The notes under the pieces were generated by a model. It did no database searches, was not told where the DNA came from, and saw only the letters and a list, made by a program, of their open reading frames with translations. A DNA stretch of 63,724 nt from Octopus bimaculoides (lineage: Eukaryota). Both the position numbers and the translations under genes were made by a program. Location: contig NC_068986.1 of NCBI RefSeq assembly GCF_001194135.2, positions 13,233,647-13,297,370 of the forward strand, written 5' to 3'. How positions within the stretch are numbered: position 1 is the stretch's first letter; each line of letters opens with the position of its first letter. Shown here one piece after another: positions 1 to 12,592 of this stretch.

Positions 1-1074
1 ATCATCATCATCATCATCATCATCATCGTTCTCAACATCACCGTTGTCGTCGTCACCACATCCATCACCATCATCAACACACACACATACATACACATAC
101 ATATATATACACATACTTATATGTCCCCAACATACTTATACATACACATATACATGCATATACATGTACATAGACATATACGTACACATACGGCTGTGGC
201 TGTGATAAGGAGCTTGCTTCCCAACCATATGGTTCAAAGTTCACTCCCACCGCATGGTACCTTGGTCAAGTCCAACCAAAGCCTTGTGAGTGGATTTAGT
301 AGATAGAAACTGAAGGAAGCACATTGTATATGTAAATATAGGTGTGTGTATGTGTGTTTATGTTTGTCACATCAGTGTTAGTTTGTTTATGTCCCCATAA
401 TGTAACGGTTTGGCAAAAGTGACCAATAGAATAACTACCATGCTTTGAAATAAAAGAATTCCTAGAGAGTTGATTCATTCAACTAGAATTCCTGAAGGTG
501 GTGCCCCAGCATGGCCGCAGTCAAATTAGCAAAATAAGTAAAATCTAAAAGATACATAAATAATGGTACCTGATGTGGTCTTTCAGTTTAACAGAAATAG
601 CAGCATTGAAATTACCTACAGACCACACCCTACCCGATAGCCTGGAGTTCCATGGCACGGATTTTCAACGCCCAGAGGTGGAACGGGGGTCGGGGAGGGG
701 GGTCGGAATAGAGACACCTTTGGCATCCCTCGCTTAATTAATAGGCATGACACACCAGGGGGAATTTTGCAGCCAGGTGGGGAGGGGACATGTCACAGCC
801 CCGTCTCTTGCTATGTCACTGACCGTTGGTCTGTGGTCACGAATTGAAGCTGGAAATATTGATGCTATTCGACAATGCCCAGGTGGACATGTCAATTATT
901 AGACGCTCACCCACTTTTATTTTTGTATTATTTATTTTAATCAAGTACAATATTTAATTTATTTTAAAGCTTTGCGCTTAGCCTGTCAGTGCCTTTCACT
1001 AGTTCGCTGACACTGGTTGTCAAGCAAGGTGTGGGAGACAAACAAAGAGGCACATACAGACATTTACTTGCTTA

Positions 1075-1541
1075 CTGCCTGATCGGCACTCGTGCCAGTG
1101 GAACGTTAAAAGCACATCCGAGCATGATCATTGGCAGGGCCATGGATTGGCTCCCGTGCTGGTGACATGTGAAAAGCATCATTTGAGTGTGATCGTTGCC
1201 AGTGTCGCCTTACTGGCACATGTGCCAGCTGCATGTGAAAAACCACATTCGAGCGTGGTCGTTACCAGTGCCACCGGACTGGCTCCCGTGCAGGTAGCAC
1301 GTAAAAAACACCATTTGAGCGTGGTCGTTGCCAGAACCGCCTGACTAGCCCTCGTGCCGGTGGCACGTAAAAGCACCCACTACACTCTCAGAATGGTTGG
1401 CGTTAGGAAGGACATCCAGCTGTAGAAACTCTGCTAGAACAGATTGGAGCCTGGTGCAGCCTCTGGTTCACCAGTCCTCAGTCAAACCATCCAACCCATG
1501 CCAGCATGGAAAGCGGACGTTAAACGATGATGATGATGATG
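1075..1541 (+). mobile_element. SINE-like family A (tandem GGCACGTAAAA units, (GAT)n tail)
   Basis: AGGAAGGGCATCCAGCTGTAGAAACTCTGC...CCAACCCATGC.AGCATGGAAAGCGGACGTTAAACGATGATG. Copies at 2447-2787+, 5560-5745-, 14150-14448+, 15470-15620-, 19487-19712-, 40500-40752+, 45661-45770-, 45845-46057+, 49170-49400-, 61930-62262+. Confidence 0.9.
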
Positions 1542-3417
1542 GGTTTCCACACAGTTTATGTCAACAAAGTTCACAAGGCATCGGTTGGCCAGGGGATATA
1601 GTAGAAGGTTCTTACCCAACATGTCATGCAAAGGGGCTGAACCTAGAATCCTGTACTTGCAAAATAAACCTCTTAATCACACAGCTATGGCTATGCCTTA
1701 TTTATTTACTTGTAAAAGTGTCTCTAGACTACTAAGTTTGCAACAACAGATTATGATTTTGCTAAAAATAAATAAATAAACAAATAAGAAAAAAGGGAAG
1801 AAAAAATTAAAATTAAAAAAACAGCTTTTCAAAATTTTAAACTCCTTCCTCTAATATTTTAGTTTTAACTTTTTTGAAATTCTTTTGGGGAGATACCATT
1901 TTAAAAAACATATGGATTACAATTTTGAATATTATTCCATTACTTTTTTTCAAAATTCTAACGTTGATTGTCTGTGATAATTTTCCACGTTCAATTTGTC
2001 ACTCTAAACCAGAAGCATGATGTCTTGTAGACACAAACGCAATGGAATGAGTCAACAAAACAAATTCATTGATCTTCAAATCAACAAATGACAACATCCT
2101 TCCCCTCCCCAGTCATTTTTTTTGTTTGCATCTCTCTCTCTCTCTTTATTAATGGTTTCAAATATTGACAAAAAGTCAGCAAATTTAGGAGAAAAGCTAG
2201 GTTGATTACACTGACCACCCCCTTCAAAACAAAAAACACAATTCAACTGGTACTTATTTTATCAACCCCACAAAGGATTAAAGGCAAACCTGTGTGGTGG
2301 AGCTTGAACTCACAATGTTATTTGAAAGAAATACTGCTAGTCATTTTTCTCTGACGCTAATAGTTCTGCCAGTTTGGCTGCCTTCGACATTTTTATTAAT
2401 GAGAAAATAAAATGAAGCTTGCATCATTTTAATTTTTATTTCTCCGTCGCCTTTCTGGCACTTGTGCCCACGGCATGTGTAAGGACTTTCGAGCGAGATC
2501 GTTGCCAGTGCCCCTGGACTGGCTCTTGTGCGGGTGGCATGTAAAAAACATCATTTTGAGCGTCGCCGTTGCCAGTACCGCCTGACTGGCCTTCGTGCAG
2601 GTGGCACGTAAAAGCACCCACTACACTCTCTGAGTGGTTGGCATTAGGAAGGGCATCCAGCTGTAGAAACTCTGCCAAATCAGATTGGAGCTTGGTGTAG
2701 CCATCTGGTTTCACCAGTCCTCAGTCAAATCATCCAACCCATGCTAGCATGGAAAGCGGATGTTAAATGACGATGATGATGATGATGAAATCTCAAGAAT
2801 TGGAAACCCTCAATTTTACTTAAACATCCCACAATCCATCCATCCCTCTTATCAATCCTCACAGCTCTTCCCCTACCCAGGAGAATCACTGGATTAATCT
2901 ATTTCTCATTGTCTGGTATTGATTTCCAACTATATTCCCCATAGTCTGTTATTGATTTTCTAACCCAGTCAATATAGCTACATATTCAAGTCAATATAGC
3001 TCTATATTCATTCATATAAACCAAATATCATCTTTTCACATTATTTCACGGTCTTTAAGCAGTGAGATGGCAGAATCGTTAACATGCTGGACAAACTGCT
3101 TAGCAGCATGTCTTCAGTCTTTACGTTCTGTGATCAAATTCCACCAAAGCTGATTTTGCTTTTTCATCTTTTTGGGGTTGATAAAATAAAGCTTCCAACT
3201 GAACGCTGGATTTGACGTAATTGATTTAGTCTCACCTCTAAAACTGCTGGCCTTGGGCCAAAACTTGAAACCATTATTTCAAGGAAGATATTTTATTTTT
3301 AAAATATTGCAACCCTTTTGTTTACCATATTTCTGTTGGAATACTCTTCGTTTCAATTAATTTTGAAAGATAATGAAAAAATTTAACAAAATAGCTTCTT
3401 TATTATTAACCTGTGTA

Positions 3418-3660
3418 AGGCAGCGAGCTAGCAGAATCGTTAGCACACCAGACGAAATGCTTAGCGGTATTTTGTTTGCCGCTATGTTCTGAGTTCAAAC
3501 TCTGCCGAGGTTGACTTTGCCTTTCATCCTTTCTGGGTCGATAAATTAAGTACCAGTTGAGTACTGGAGTCGATGTAATCGACTTAATCCCTTTGTCTGC
3601 CCTTGTTTATCCCCCTCCCCCCAAATTTCGGGCTTTGTGCCTAAATTAGAAAAAGTTATT
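3418..3660 (+). mobile_element. tRNA-derived SINE family C
   Basis: GGCGAGCTGGCAGAATCGTTAGC...GAGTTCAAA...GACTTTGCCTTTCATCCTTTCGGGGTCGATAAA. Copies at 2200-2385-, 7410-7620-, 20855-21070, 25288-25750 (tandem), 41165-41385, 42690-42915-, 48017-48240, 59905-60085-, 60528-60745-. Confidence 0.9.
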
Positions 3661-3944
3661 TAGTGAGAAATCAGCACATACCATCAAAGTGATAGTGGGG
3701 CTCCAACTATATAAAACCCAATATGGCCAACAACTTGACCTTTTCAGTATTTGAACTCAGAACAAAGTTGAACTGCCATTAAGTATTTGGCCCTGTGTAC
3801 TAATGATTCTGACAACTTGCCACCATAGTTTTAAATTAAATATCAATTGATATATCATTCCGGTCAATCTGTTTCACTTTATATCAATTTCTTGCCCTGA
3901 TAAGAAATCATCTCATCATTCCAGTACAAAGCTCAGAGATTATG

Positions 3945-4179
3945 CAATCTCTCTCTCTCTCACTCTCACTCTCTTTCTCTCTCTTTCCCTCTGTTTGTCT
4001 CCCTTCCCCTCTCTTTTCCCCCTCTTTTCTCTATCTCCCCTCTCCTTCACTCCTCTCTTCTATCTCTCCCTCCTTTCTCTCCTCTTCTTCCATCTCACTC
4101 CATCTCTCTCTCTCATTCTCTTTCCCTCTCTCTCTCTCTCTCTCTCTCATTCTCTTTCCCCTCTCTCTCTCTCTCACTT

Positions 4180-4233
<54 letters not shown>

Positions 4234-4262
4234 CCACTCTCTCTCTCTCTCTCTCTCCCGCT
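3945..4262. repeat. (CT)n-rich polypyrimidine tract
   Basis: Direct inspection; similar tracts at 5940-6030 and 17660-18060. Confidence 0.95.
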
Positions 4263-4339
4263 CTATACTTTCTTCAAAATTACAACTTCTCACGATCTCC
4301 TCACAAACTGCTCCTTGAGGTAGTTACGGACTTTTTTAC

Positions 4340-4738
4340 AATGTGGTAAGTAGCTTGCTTACCAGCCACATGGTTCTGGGTTCAGTCCCACTGTGTGGCA
4401 CTTTGGTCAAGTGTCTTCTACTATAGACTTGGGCCGACCAAAGCCTTGTGAGTGGATTTGGTAGACGGAAACTGAAAGAAGCCTGTCGTATATATATGAT
4501 GTATATATGTGTGTGTATGTATGTATGTGTGTGTGTATTTATCCCCCTAACATCGCTTGACAACTGATGCTAGTGTGTTTACATCCCCATAAATTAGCAG
4601 TTTGGTAAAAGAGACCAATAGAATAAGTACTAGACTTACAAAGAATAAGCCCTGGAGTCGATTTGCTCGACTAAAGGCGGTGCTCCAGCATGGCCACAGG
4701 CAAATAACTGAAACAAGTAAAAGAATAAAAGGATAAAA
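4340..4738 (+). mobile_element. tRNA-derived SINE family B (internal TA/TG microsatellite)
   Basis: Head TGTGGTAAG.AGCTTGCTT..CAACCACATGGTTCTGGGTTCAGTCCC; tail GTCGATTTGCTCGACTAAAGGCGGTGCTCCAGCATGGCC. Copies at 190-545, 15235-15425-, 23655-23990, 29660-30030-, 32030-32400-, 39670-40050, 47425-47790, 50812-51000, 51600-51790 and several in 60810-61750-. Confidence 0.9.
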
Positions 4739-5387
4739 GACTATGTTGTTAATTTTTAGACTATTTTCAGAATGTTTCCCTTTTAATTCTTCTATTTATT
4801 AAAAAAATTTTTTTTTTTTACTGCTTTCAGCTATCGAATTGTGTCCATGCTGGAGCACCACCTTCAAGTGTATTAGTTAACTACAGCAACTCCATTACTT
4901 TGTCTGATACGTATCAAACTTATCGGCCACAAGAAGACGGGAGGCATAAATGAATCAGGCAAGATTAGGACTCAGAACAAAACAAATCCATATTCAGGCA
5001 CCACAAGGTATTACTGCATTTTTCTTGTCCTTCTTCTAGAAATCAGACACCTTCTTACATAAAGAAATCAATATCTATTTATAAAGTTATCCTCTTATTA
5101 CAGACCTAACCCATGCAAGCATGGAAAAGGAGATGTTAAAACTATGGTGATAATGATGAAGATGATGATGATGATGATGATGAGAACAGGTATTCATTTA
5201 TTGTTGTGAAAGAACTGCATTTTAAAATAATAACATTTTAATGACAAAAGAAATAAAACCCAGTTCATCAGACACTCGTTAACAATGTTTTATAAATACA
5301 CAAATATTGTTATGTGAAATGTCTTGACAAGTGTCTATATATATGGTAGGCGATCAAATCAATGTATTTGCAACCGGTTTATAACAG

Positions 5388-5435
5388 GAAAGTGATCCCT
5401 TTGTGATAATTTGGCCAGGTTTGCAACTTGGACAG
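5388..5435 (+). CDS. Candidate exon of unidentified plus-strand gene
   Basis: tttataacAG / ESDPFVIIWPGLQLGQ / AG-GTGTGT; 48 nt, open, phase 0->0. No homology recognised. Confidence 0.33.
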
Positions 5436-8400
5436 GTGTGTTAATGCATTTTTTTTTTTTTTTGCTGTGTAGTATTAATGATTACACACATGGAGTCAAC
5501 GTTGATCATTTGATCGGAAGTCTTATGCAATTAACCAATTTTTCATAGTAGGCTACATCATCATCATCATCATCGTCTGCTTTCCATGCTGGCATGGGCT
5601 GGTCAGTTTGACAGGATCTGGCAAACTGTAAGGTTACATTGAACTCCAATGTCAGTTTTGGCATGGTTTCTACAGCTGGATGCCCTTCCTAACGCCAACC
5701 ACTTTACAGAGTGTACTGGGTGATTTTTTTTTTCATGGCACTGATACTAATGGTAACTCACAAGACAGGAAAAAAAACTGGAAAAGGGAAAAATCCCTTT
5801 GACAAAGTGGGAGGTGGCATTCTGCCAGGTGTTGAGAAGCTAAAGTATGATTGAAATGGATTAAAGATAAAAGATGAGAGAAAGAAGACGAGAAAGTGTG
5901 TATAGTATTAATATATAATTCATGCATAAAGCTGTTGGCATTCTCTCTCTCTCTCTCAGTTTCCTCTCTCTCTTTTCTCTCTCCTCTCTCCCCTTCTCTC
6001 TCTCTCTCTTTCTCTCTCTCTCCTTCTATTTCTCCCTATATGTGCTTAAGACTTGTTTTCCTTTCATGTTATTTATGTTGCGACACAGCTTTAGGTATTT
6101 CTAGTTTACTAGAAATCATTTGATCAGAAAAGTTGGCAATAATAACTTGGTTGATTTATGTGTTGGTCCCATGATTAAGAAAAGAACCAGTTTTTATTTC
6201 GCTTTTTTTTTTTTTTTGTTCACTTTAAATCTTGTTGATTAACTGAGTGATGAATAAAATATGAAATAAAGTTCATTGAGTGAAAATTGATGGAAGACTT
6301 GAACATTCTTCAATCAAGCTAACCAATAAAGGGACAAGCTGTTATTATCATATGTACCATGCATGATGCATTAAAAAAAAAAAACAGCTGTAAATATGTG
6401 ATTTGCAGGTGAAAAATATTAGTCACTAGCTAATGTTATGTTCAAGTTTTTCAACAAGCACAAGAGACAACTTTGGATATGTTTCGGTTTTATTCTGACC
6501 TCATCAGTGAAGCACAACTTTTGCCAGTCAAGTGATGAAAGAATTATCAAGTAAATGCATGAAATCATACAGTTGTTGGTTTACGAAAATAGAATTATTT
6601 AGTGTTTATATAATTAGTGTCTATATAATTCAGTGTTTATATAATTCAGAAATGGAATTATATAGTGTTTATATAATTCCATTTCTCTAACTAATCAATA
6701 GAGAAATTATCTCTGAAAAAATCTTTGTCATTGTTGTCATTGTTGTCATCACCGTCGTCATTTGCCTTCATTGTTGTTATTGTTGTTGTTGCTGTCATTG
6801 TTATTGTTGTCATCACTGTCATTGTTGTTATTGTTGTCATCACCCTTGTTGTTGTTATTGTTGTCATCACTGTCATTGTTGTTGTCATCGCCGTCATTGT
6901 TGTCATCACTACCTCTGCCACTGCCATTATTGTCATCATCAGTTTTGCATCCACTTTTCAGTGCTTGCATGGATCAGACTGAATTCACTGAGGCAGGTTT
7001 TCTGTGACAGGATGCCTTTGCTGTCACCAACCTTCAAGTTTCTAAGCAAGGTAATAGTTCTCCCATGACCAAACCCTGCAGAGTTGTTGGTGTTAGGGAG
7101 AGCATCCAGCTATAAAATCCCTAAAATCCCTGCCAAAACAGACACAGTAGCCCTTGGGTAAATTTTCTTCCTGGCCAGCTCCTGTCAACCATCCAACCCA
7201 TGCATGCATGGAAGATGGACGTTAAACAATGATGATGATGATTCTAAATGAATGACATTGCTTGTGTGTGTGTGGGGGGTGCATGTTTGTCTTTCCTTAT
7301 CTTGACATTGCGTGATTCTTGTAAACGAGTGTCACTGTTATACAAGCAATGTTGTTCATTTCCAATATTCTGAAAAATACATGTCTGGTCAAGGGGAAAT
7401 GTTGGTTTCAAATTTTGGCACTAGGCCAGCAATTTTGTGGGTGTGGGTGGGTAAATCGATTGCATCAAACCGGTGCTCTGTTTGTACTCTTATCTTCTCA
7501 ACCCCAAAAGGATGAAAGGCAAAGTTGACCTTGGTAAGATTTGAACTCTGAACATAAAGACAAATGAAATGCCACTAAGCATTTTGCCTGGCCTGCTAAT
7601 GATTCTGCCAGATCACCATCCTGATCAAGAGGAAATATTACCTTACTTGAAAACTGATGAGGGTTGGTGACAGGAAAGGTATCTGGCTATCGAGAAGCTG
7701 TCTCAATAAAATTCCATCCAACCCATGCAAGCATAGGAAAGCGGACATCAAAATAATGACGATGATGATGACAACAATGACGATGACGACGATGCTGATG
7801 ATGATGATGGGTGTGGTTTGGAGATAAAAAGCCCTTGAATTGATACCAACCAATATCAAAATTGGAGTCTATCAGTCTGGGATTAAATTCCCTGTCTAGA
7901 GATGTGAGATTTATTTTTGCCTTTTCTACAGGAAATATCTATTAATTAACTAATTACCCTCACTATCAATATGTCACAACAAATTAACAATAAGTTCCCC
8001 CACACACACATACCTGTAAAATCCTTATGTCTTTCACCAGCTGGGTTTTTTTTTTTTATTAGTCATTTTGCTTTTGTTTCAGTGATTTATATATCAAAAG
8101 AGACTAATCGCTGTAACATAATCCAGTATTTGACTTTTTTAAAGCTGCTACCAATAAACATTATACATAGAGCCCCTTGCTAAAGAGCTGATAAAAGCAT
8201 GACACAAAGTGGGGTGGGGGGAAAATAGATAAGATTGTATTAAAGTTCTGTAGTTTCTGAGATAATGATGTACAAGTAAATAGGTATCTTTATGAGAAAA
8301 ACATTATTGAAACAATGTGAAAAAACATTGAATGAACTTGCAAGTTAATTTTTTTTTTTTTTTACAACAAGCCCTTCATTCTTATCTTTTTATATTTCCT

Positions 8401-8524
8401 CATCTTTAGTCTAGTTTCTTCTTGTGTATGTATACTTTATTTCTCATAATTACCTAATTGTTAGGAATAGACAAACATCTAAGTATCCCCTCTGTGGATG
8501 TGCGTGTGTATGAATATATATATA

Positions 8525-8642
8525 CAGGGCGTCCACAAAATCTGGATACATGGGGATTAACACATACTTTAAGAAATTATTATTTCTCACATTTAATTGT
8601 TTATGTTATGATTTTATTTACTCCATGTACCCAGACTTTGTG
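8525..8642. mobile_element. Tc1/mariner-type MITE, right end in gap
   Basis: TA then CAGGGCGTCCACAAAATCTGGATACATGG; inverted match CCATGTACCCAGACTTTGTG immediately before the N run. Confidence 0.65.
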
Positions 8643-9424
8643 NNNNNNNNNNNNNNNNNNNNNNNNNNNNNNNNNNNNNNNNNNNNNNNNNNNNNNNNNN
8701 NNNNNNNNNNNNNNNNNNNNNNNNNNNNNNNNNNNNNNNNNNNNNNNNNNNNNNNNNNNNNNNNNNNNNNNNNNNNNNNNNNNNNNNNNNNNNNNNNNNN
8801 NNNNNNNNNNNNNNNNNNNNNNNNNNNNNNNNNNNNNNNNNNNNNNNNNNNNNNNAAAAATAAAGGTTTAAAAAATTTTTTTATTTAATAATAAAGAACT
8901 GATATTATAAAATTTAAATTATGCAGCCTTCATGGCAACATGTATGTGAGCCATGCAGCCCATAGAGACCCTGCAGTTTGACATACCTGTTGTATGGTAT
9001 TTGACATACCTGTATTTGTCCATTGTTGTATTTGTCCAATGCCAATGGTCATTTTGGGTTATCTCTCTTAGCTCATTTTTGCTTAAACAATGTTTTTTTT
9101 TGGGTGGGGGGTTTGCGTCTGTTGTCGTTCTTCCTGTGGAGAGTGAGGCATTCAGAAGAGAATCAATGACGACAATGACTGTATCGTGACTAATTCCTGA
9201 TTGTCACCATTTTAGGAATCAGCTCAGCTGTAAAGTAGTAGTACTGCAGCTGGGTTAATTAATGCTGCAGTTGGGTTTACTGAAATTGAGATGATGGTGA
9301 TGATGATGACGATGATGATGGTGATGGTGAGGGTGATGATGATGATTATGATGATGATGCATTAATAAACTGCATTAACTTCGCTGCACATTTTTACTGT
9401 ATTATTTGTCACCATCATTGTTCG

Positions 9425-9460
<36 letters not shown>

Positions 9461-9934
9461 CCATCATTTAACATATGTCTTCCATGCTGGCATGAGGTAA
9501 CATGGTTTAACAGGATCTGATAAGCCAAAGGACTGTGTCAGGCTCCAATTGCCTGTTTTGGCATTGGTTTTCTACAGTCAGAAGCCTTTCCTATCGCCAT
9601 CCGCTTTCCAGGATGAACTGGGGGTGCTGTTTTTCGTGACCCCCCCCNNNNNNNNNNCGACACTACACTACAAGTGAGGTCAGCATGCACCATGCAAAAC
9701 ATAGTAAAGAAAGGAAAAGGAAACACCCTTTATAGCTGAGTGGGGTGGGTGTATACGAGAGGGAGAGGGAGCAGTGGTTTTATGCCGGGGGGTTGAAGGC
9801 CAAAGTATGACAGAGGGACAAGCCCAAGTGTCTTGCCATAGAGGAGATATATGGCTCCTCTCTGCATTACGCGAGGGTGGGTGGTGGTGGTGGTGGTGGT
9901 ATATCATCATCACTGGAACTGTTATTTACACCTG

Positions 9935-11528
9935 CAATGCTGCGACACCACCTCGAGAATAAGCACAACTATGCCTCCCTTGGTCTTGATGGTGTTACTT
10001 ATCTGTTTCTCAAATGTGGTGGGTTCTTTCTTTTGCACCAGCTTTCATTCTTGTTCCAATTCTGCCTTGATAACTGCATCACTCGAGAGCAGTGGAAAAT
10101 TGCTAGTATCATTCCCCTGTTCAAAAAGGGTCACCGCACATCACTTGTCAACTACCATCCAGTCAGTCTTACGAGCTGTGTCTCCAAACTGATGTCCTGT
10201 GTCAGAAAAACACTCTGGAACTTCTGAGGCTTTCACAGCCTTATTCGACCCTCACAGTTTGGATTTATCCCTAACTGCAGGGAACTCATTGAGTTTCTTG
10301 AGGACATCACCTGAATCACTCATGGTGGCACATGAGTGGATGTTATCTATCTTGACTTCGTTAAAGTCGTTACTACTGTGCCACACAAATGACACATGGA
10401 AAAACTCTCTGCAATGGGTGTGAAAGATGACTTCTACAACTGGTTGAAGTCCTTCACTCTTGGTCGAAAAGAAGTAGTCATGGTTCTAGGACATTATTCT
10501 TCACCCTATGCGATGACATCTGGTGTACCACAGGGATCCGTTCTTGGATCCCTGTTGTTTTTTGCATATATTAATAACATAAGTGTCAAATTGAAGAATG
10601 TTACAGTGCTGAAACATGCAGATGCCATCAAGTTGTCCCTTGAGATGAAAAGAACAGATCCTATACGCTGTAGATCTTTCCTGCAATCAGACCTAGACAC
10701 AATGCAGCAATGGATTACTGACTGGCAACTCAAACTGGCTGTGGTCAAGTGTGTCACCATGCATTTTGGGAGGAAAAACCCAGTTTTCACATTCCTCCCT
10801 CAACAATACCAATCTTAAAAAGTTTGTTAGTGAGTGTGACCAGGCTGTTGTATTTAACAGCGATCGGTGTTGGACAAACTACATCTCTAAAATTGTCAAG
10901 AAAGTTGAGGGTGAGCATCACTCAGTGAGACCTTTGTCAACCATTCTCCTGCTATCTATTTAAAGCTGCATATGACTATGGTACGTCCTCACTTAGAGTT
11001 TGCATCACCAGTAAGGGACTCCTATCTTGCTCAGCATGTGCCACCAGACGAATACCTGCTGTCAGGCATCTACCATACCCTGAATGTCTTGCTTTCCTGG
11101 GTATGGACACATAAAAAATCTGATGTCTGGTAACTGACTTGGTAGACACCATCAAGATTATCCACCATCTTTCCAACAACAGCCTTGGGCACCTTTTTGA
11201 ATTCCATTTGACAAACACTCTTGGACATGCTTGCGGAATCACAAAACAACACAGCACCCATGACTTCCGAAAACATTCCTTCATGCTCGGAATTGCTGAA
11301 GCATGGAATAAAATACCTACAACAGTCGTTAGCTGTTGAGACACTACGTCCTTCGAAACTTCCATGCTTCCTGAAATTCACCAACAGTACCCCTACTTTT
11401 TCTTTTGGTTTGTTTTGAAGACTTTTTCACTGTTCACTTCCTGTGCACATCCTGTGTACAGTTTATGAAGTTTTGTTTGCTTTTTTTCTGATGAGCTGTA
11501 GTGCACCTGAGCAGCACAATATACAATA
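9935..11528 (+). mobile_element. CR1-clade non-LTR retrotransposon, 5'-truncated and decayed (RT plus 3' UTR)
   Basis: Broken ORFs with WKIASIIPLFKKG..NYHPVSLTS, GVPQGSVLGSLLF.YINN, degenerate HADA for FADD and R.AEAWNKIP. The 3' UTR ending gtagtgcacctgagca...tatacaata matches the copy at 38345. Confidence 0.92.
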
Positions 11529-11725
11529 GGGGATGAAGTTAAAATAATAGACAGGGAACAACACTGGAAAATACGAAAACTAAAAGAAGCAGCACATATG
11601 CTAGGACACAACAACCTCCTAAGCAGACCGAGTGCAGATATGAATAGCATATGGGAACCGGTATTGAGGAAGGATAGAAAAATAATAGATTTATAAGCCT
11701 TAAAATTCACCCCATAACTGCCCAC

Positions 11726-11799
11726 GGGCATATGGCGTAGTGGTTAAGAGCGCGGGCTACTAACCCCAAGGTTCCGAGTTCGATTCACGGCAGCGACCT
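11726..11799 (+). promoter_or_regulatory. tRNA-like sequence with internal Pol III A and B boxes
   Basis: TGGCGTAGTGG (A box) and GAGTTCGATTC (B box), with a tRNA-like spacing and a ctactaa loop. Imperfect stems, so not a functional tRNA. Confidence 0.75.
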
Positions 11800-11891
11800 G
11801 ATTAATAATAGTAATAATAATCATAATATAATAATAATATAATAATAGTAACATCGTTAGGAATGAGAACCCAGGTTCGAAATTTCCCCAA

Positions 11892-11937
11892 GACACCTGA
11901 CGAAGGCTGGAGGGTATATCAGCCGAAACGTTGTGTT
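11892..11937 (+). ncRNA. Minimal type-I hammerhead ribozyme (PLE type)
   Basis: gacac CTGACGA a ggctg-gagggtatat-cagcc GAAA CG TT gtgtt: helix I gacac/gtgtt, helix II ggctg/cagcc, palindromic AACGTT in place of helix III. Confidence 0.8.
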
Positions 11938-12077
11938 AACAACAAACAAGATGAGGACGAATATCCGTCAAATGTAGATAATGTAAATAATGTACAATAG
12001 GCTTGTTATTGTATATATGTGTATGTATATATATTCACATATATATATATTTATTTATTTATTTATTTATGTAAATA

Positions 12078-12196
12078 TACACACACACACACACACACAC
12101 ATCTTCTCACCTCTTTCTCTTTGTCCTCCTCCATTGAAATTCTATCTATTTCCTCACATTGACTTTCCTCTTTCACTGCTTATGCCACTTACTTGT

Positions 12197-12231
<35 letters not shown>

Positions 12232-12592
12232 TACACACACACAAGTACACACACAAATACACATGCATGTGTGCACACACAAATACACACATACACACAC
12301 ACACATAAATATACACACATGCGTGCACACACACATGCACATACACGCACATACACACAAATGCACATGCACATACACACATGCACGTATGCAAACATAC
12401 ACAAATACACACACATGCGTGCACACACATGCGTGCACACACACATGCACATACACACATGCACGCATGCACACATACACAAATACACACACACATAAAT
12501 ACACACACACATACACACAAATACACATGCATATACACACATGCAGACATACACACACATACACGCGTACACACGTGTACACACACGCACAC
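12078..12592. repeat. Degenerate (CA)n/(CATA)n microsatellite
   Basis: Direct inspection; similar tract at 24236-24521. Confidence 0.95.

Larger units (their letters stand above)
11529..11997 (+). mobile_element. Penelope-like element 3' end: GIY-YIG endonuclease C-terminus, tRNA-like cassette, (AAT)n and hammerhead
   Basis: 11532-11696 reads DEVKIIDREQHWKIRKLKEAAHMLGHNNLLSRPSADMNSIWEPVLRKDRKIIDL*, matching the remembered PLE endonuclease tail pattern (V.IL..E..W..RK.KEA.HI....LNR.......W.P.L). Followed by A/B boxes and a CTGACGA...GAAA motif. Confidence 0.8.

Noticed and set aside
11498-11520. CTGATGA hammerhead-like start in the CR1 3' UTR (also 53401)
   Set aside because: No helix II followed by GAAA; 53401 is inside a coding exon.
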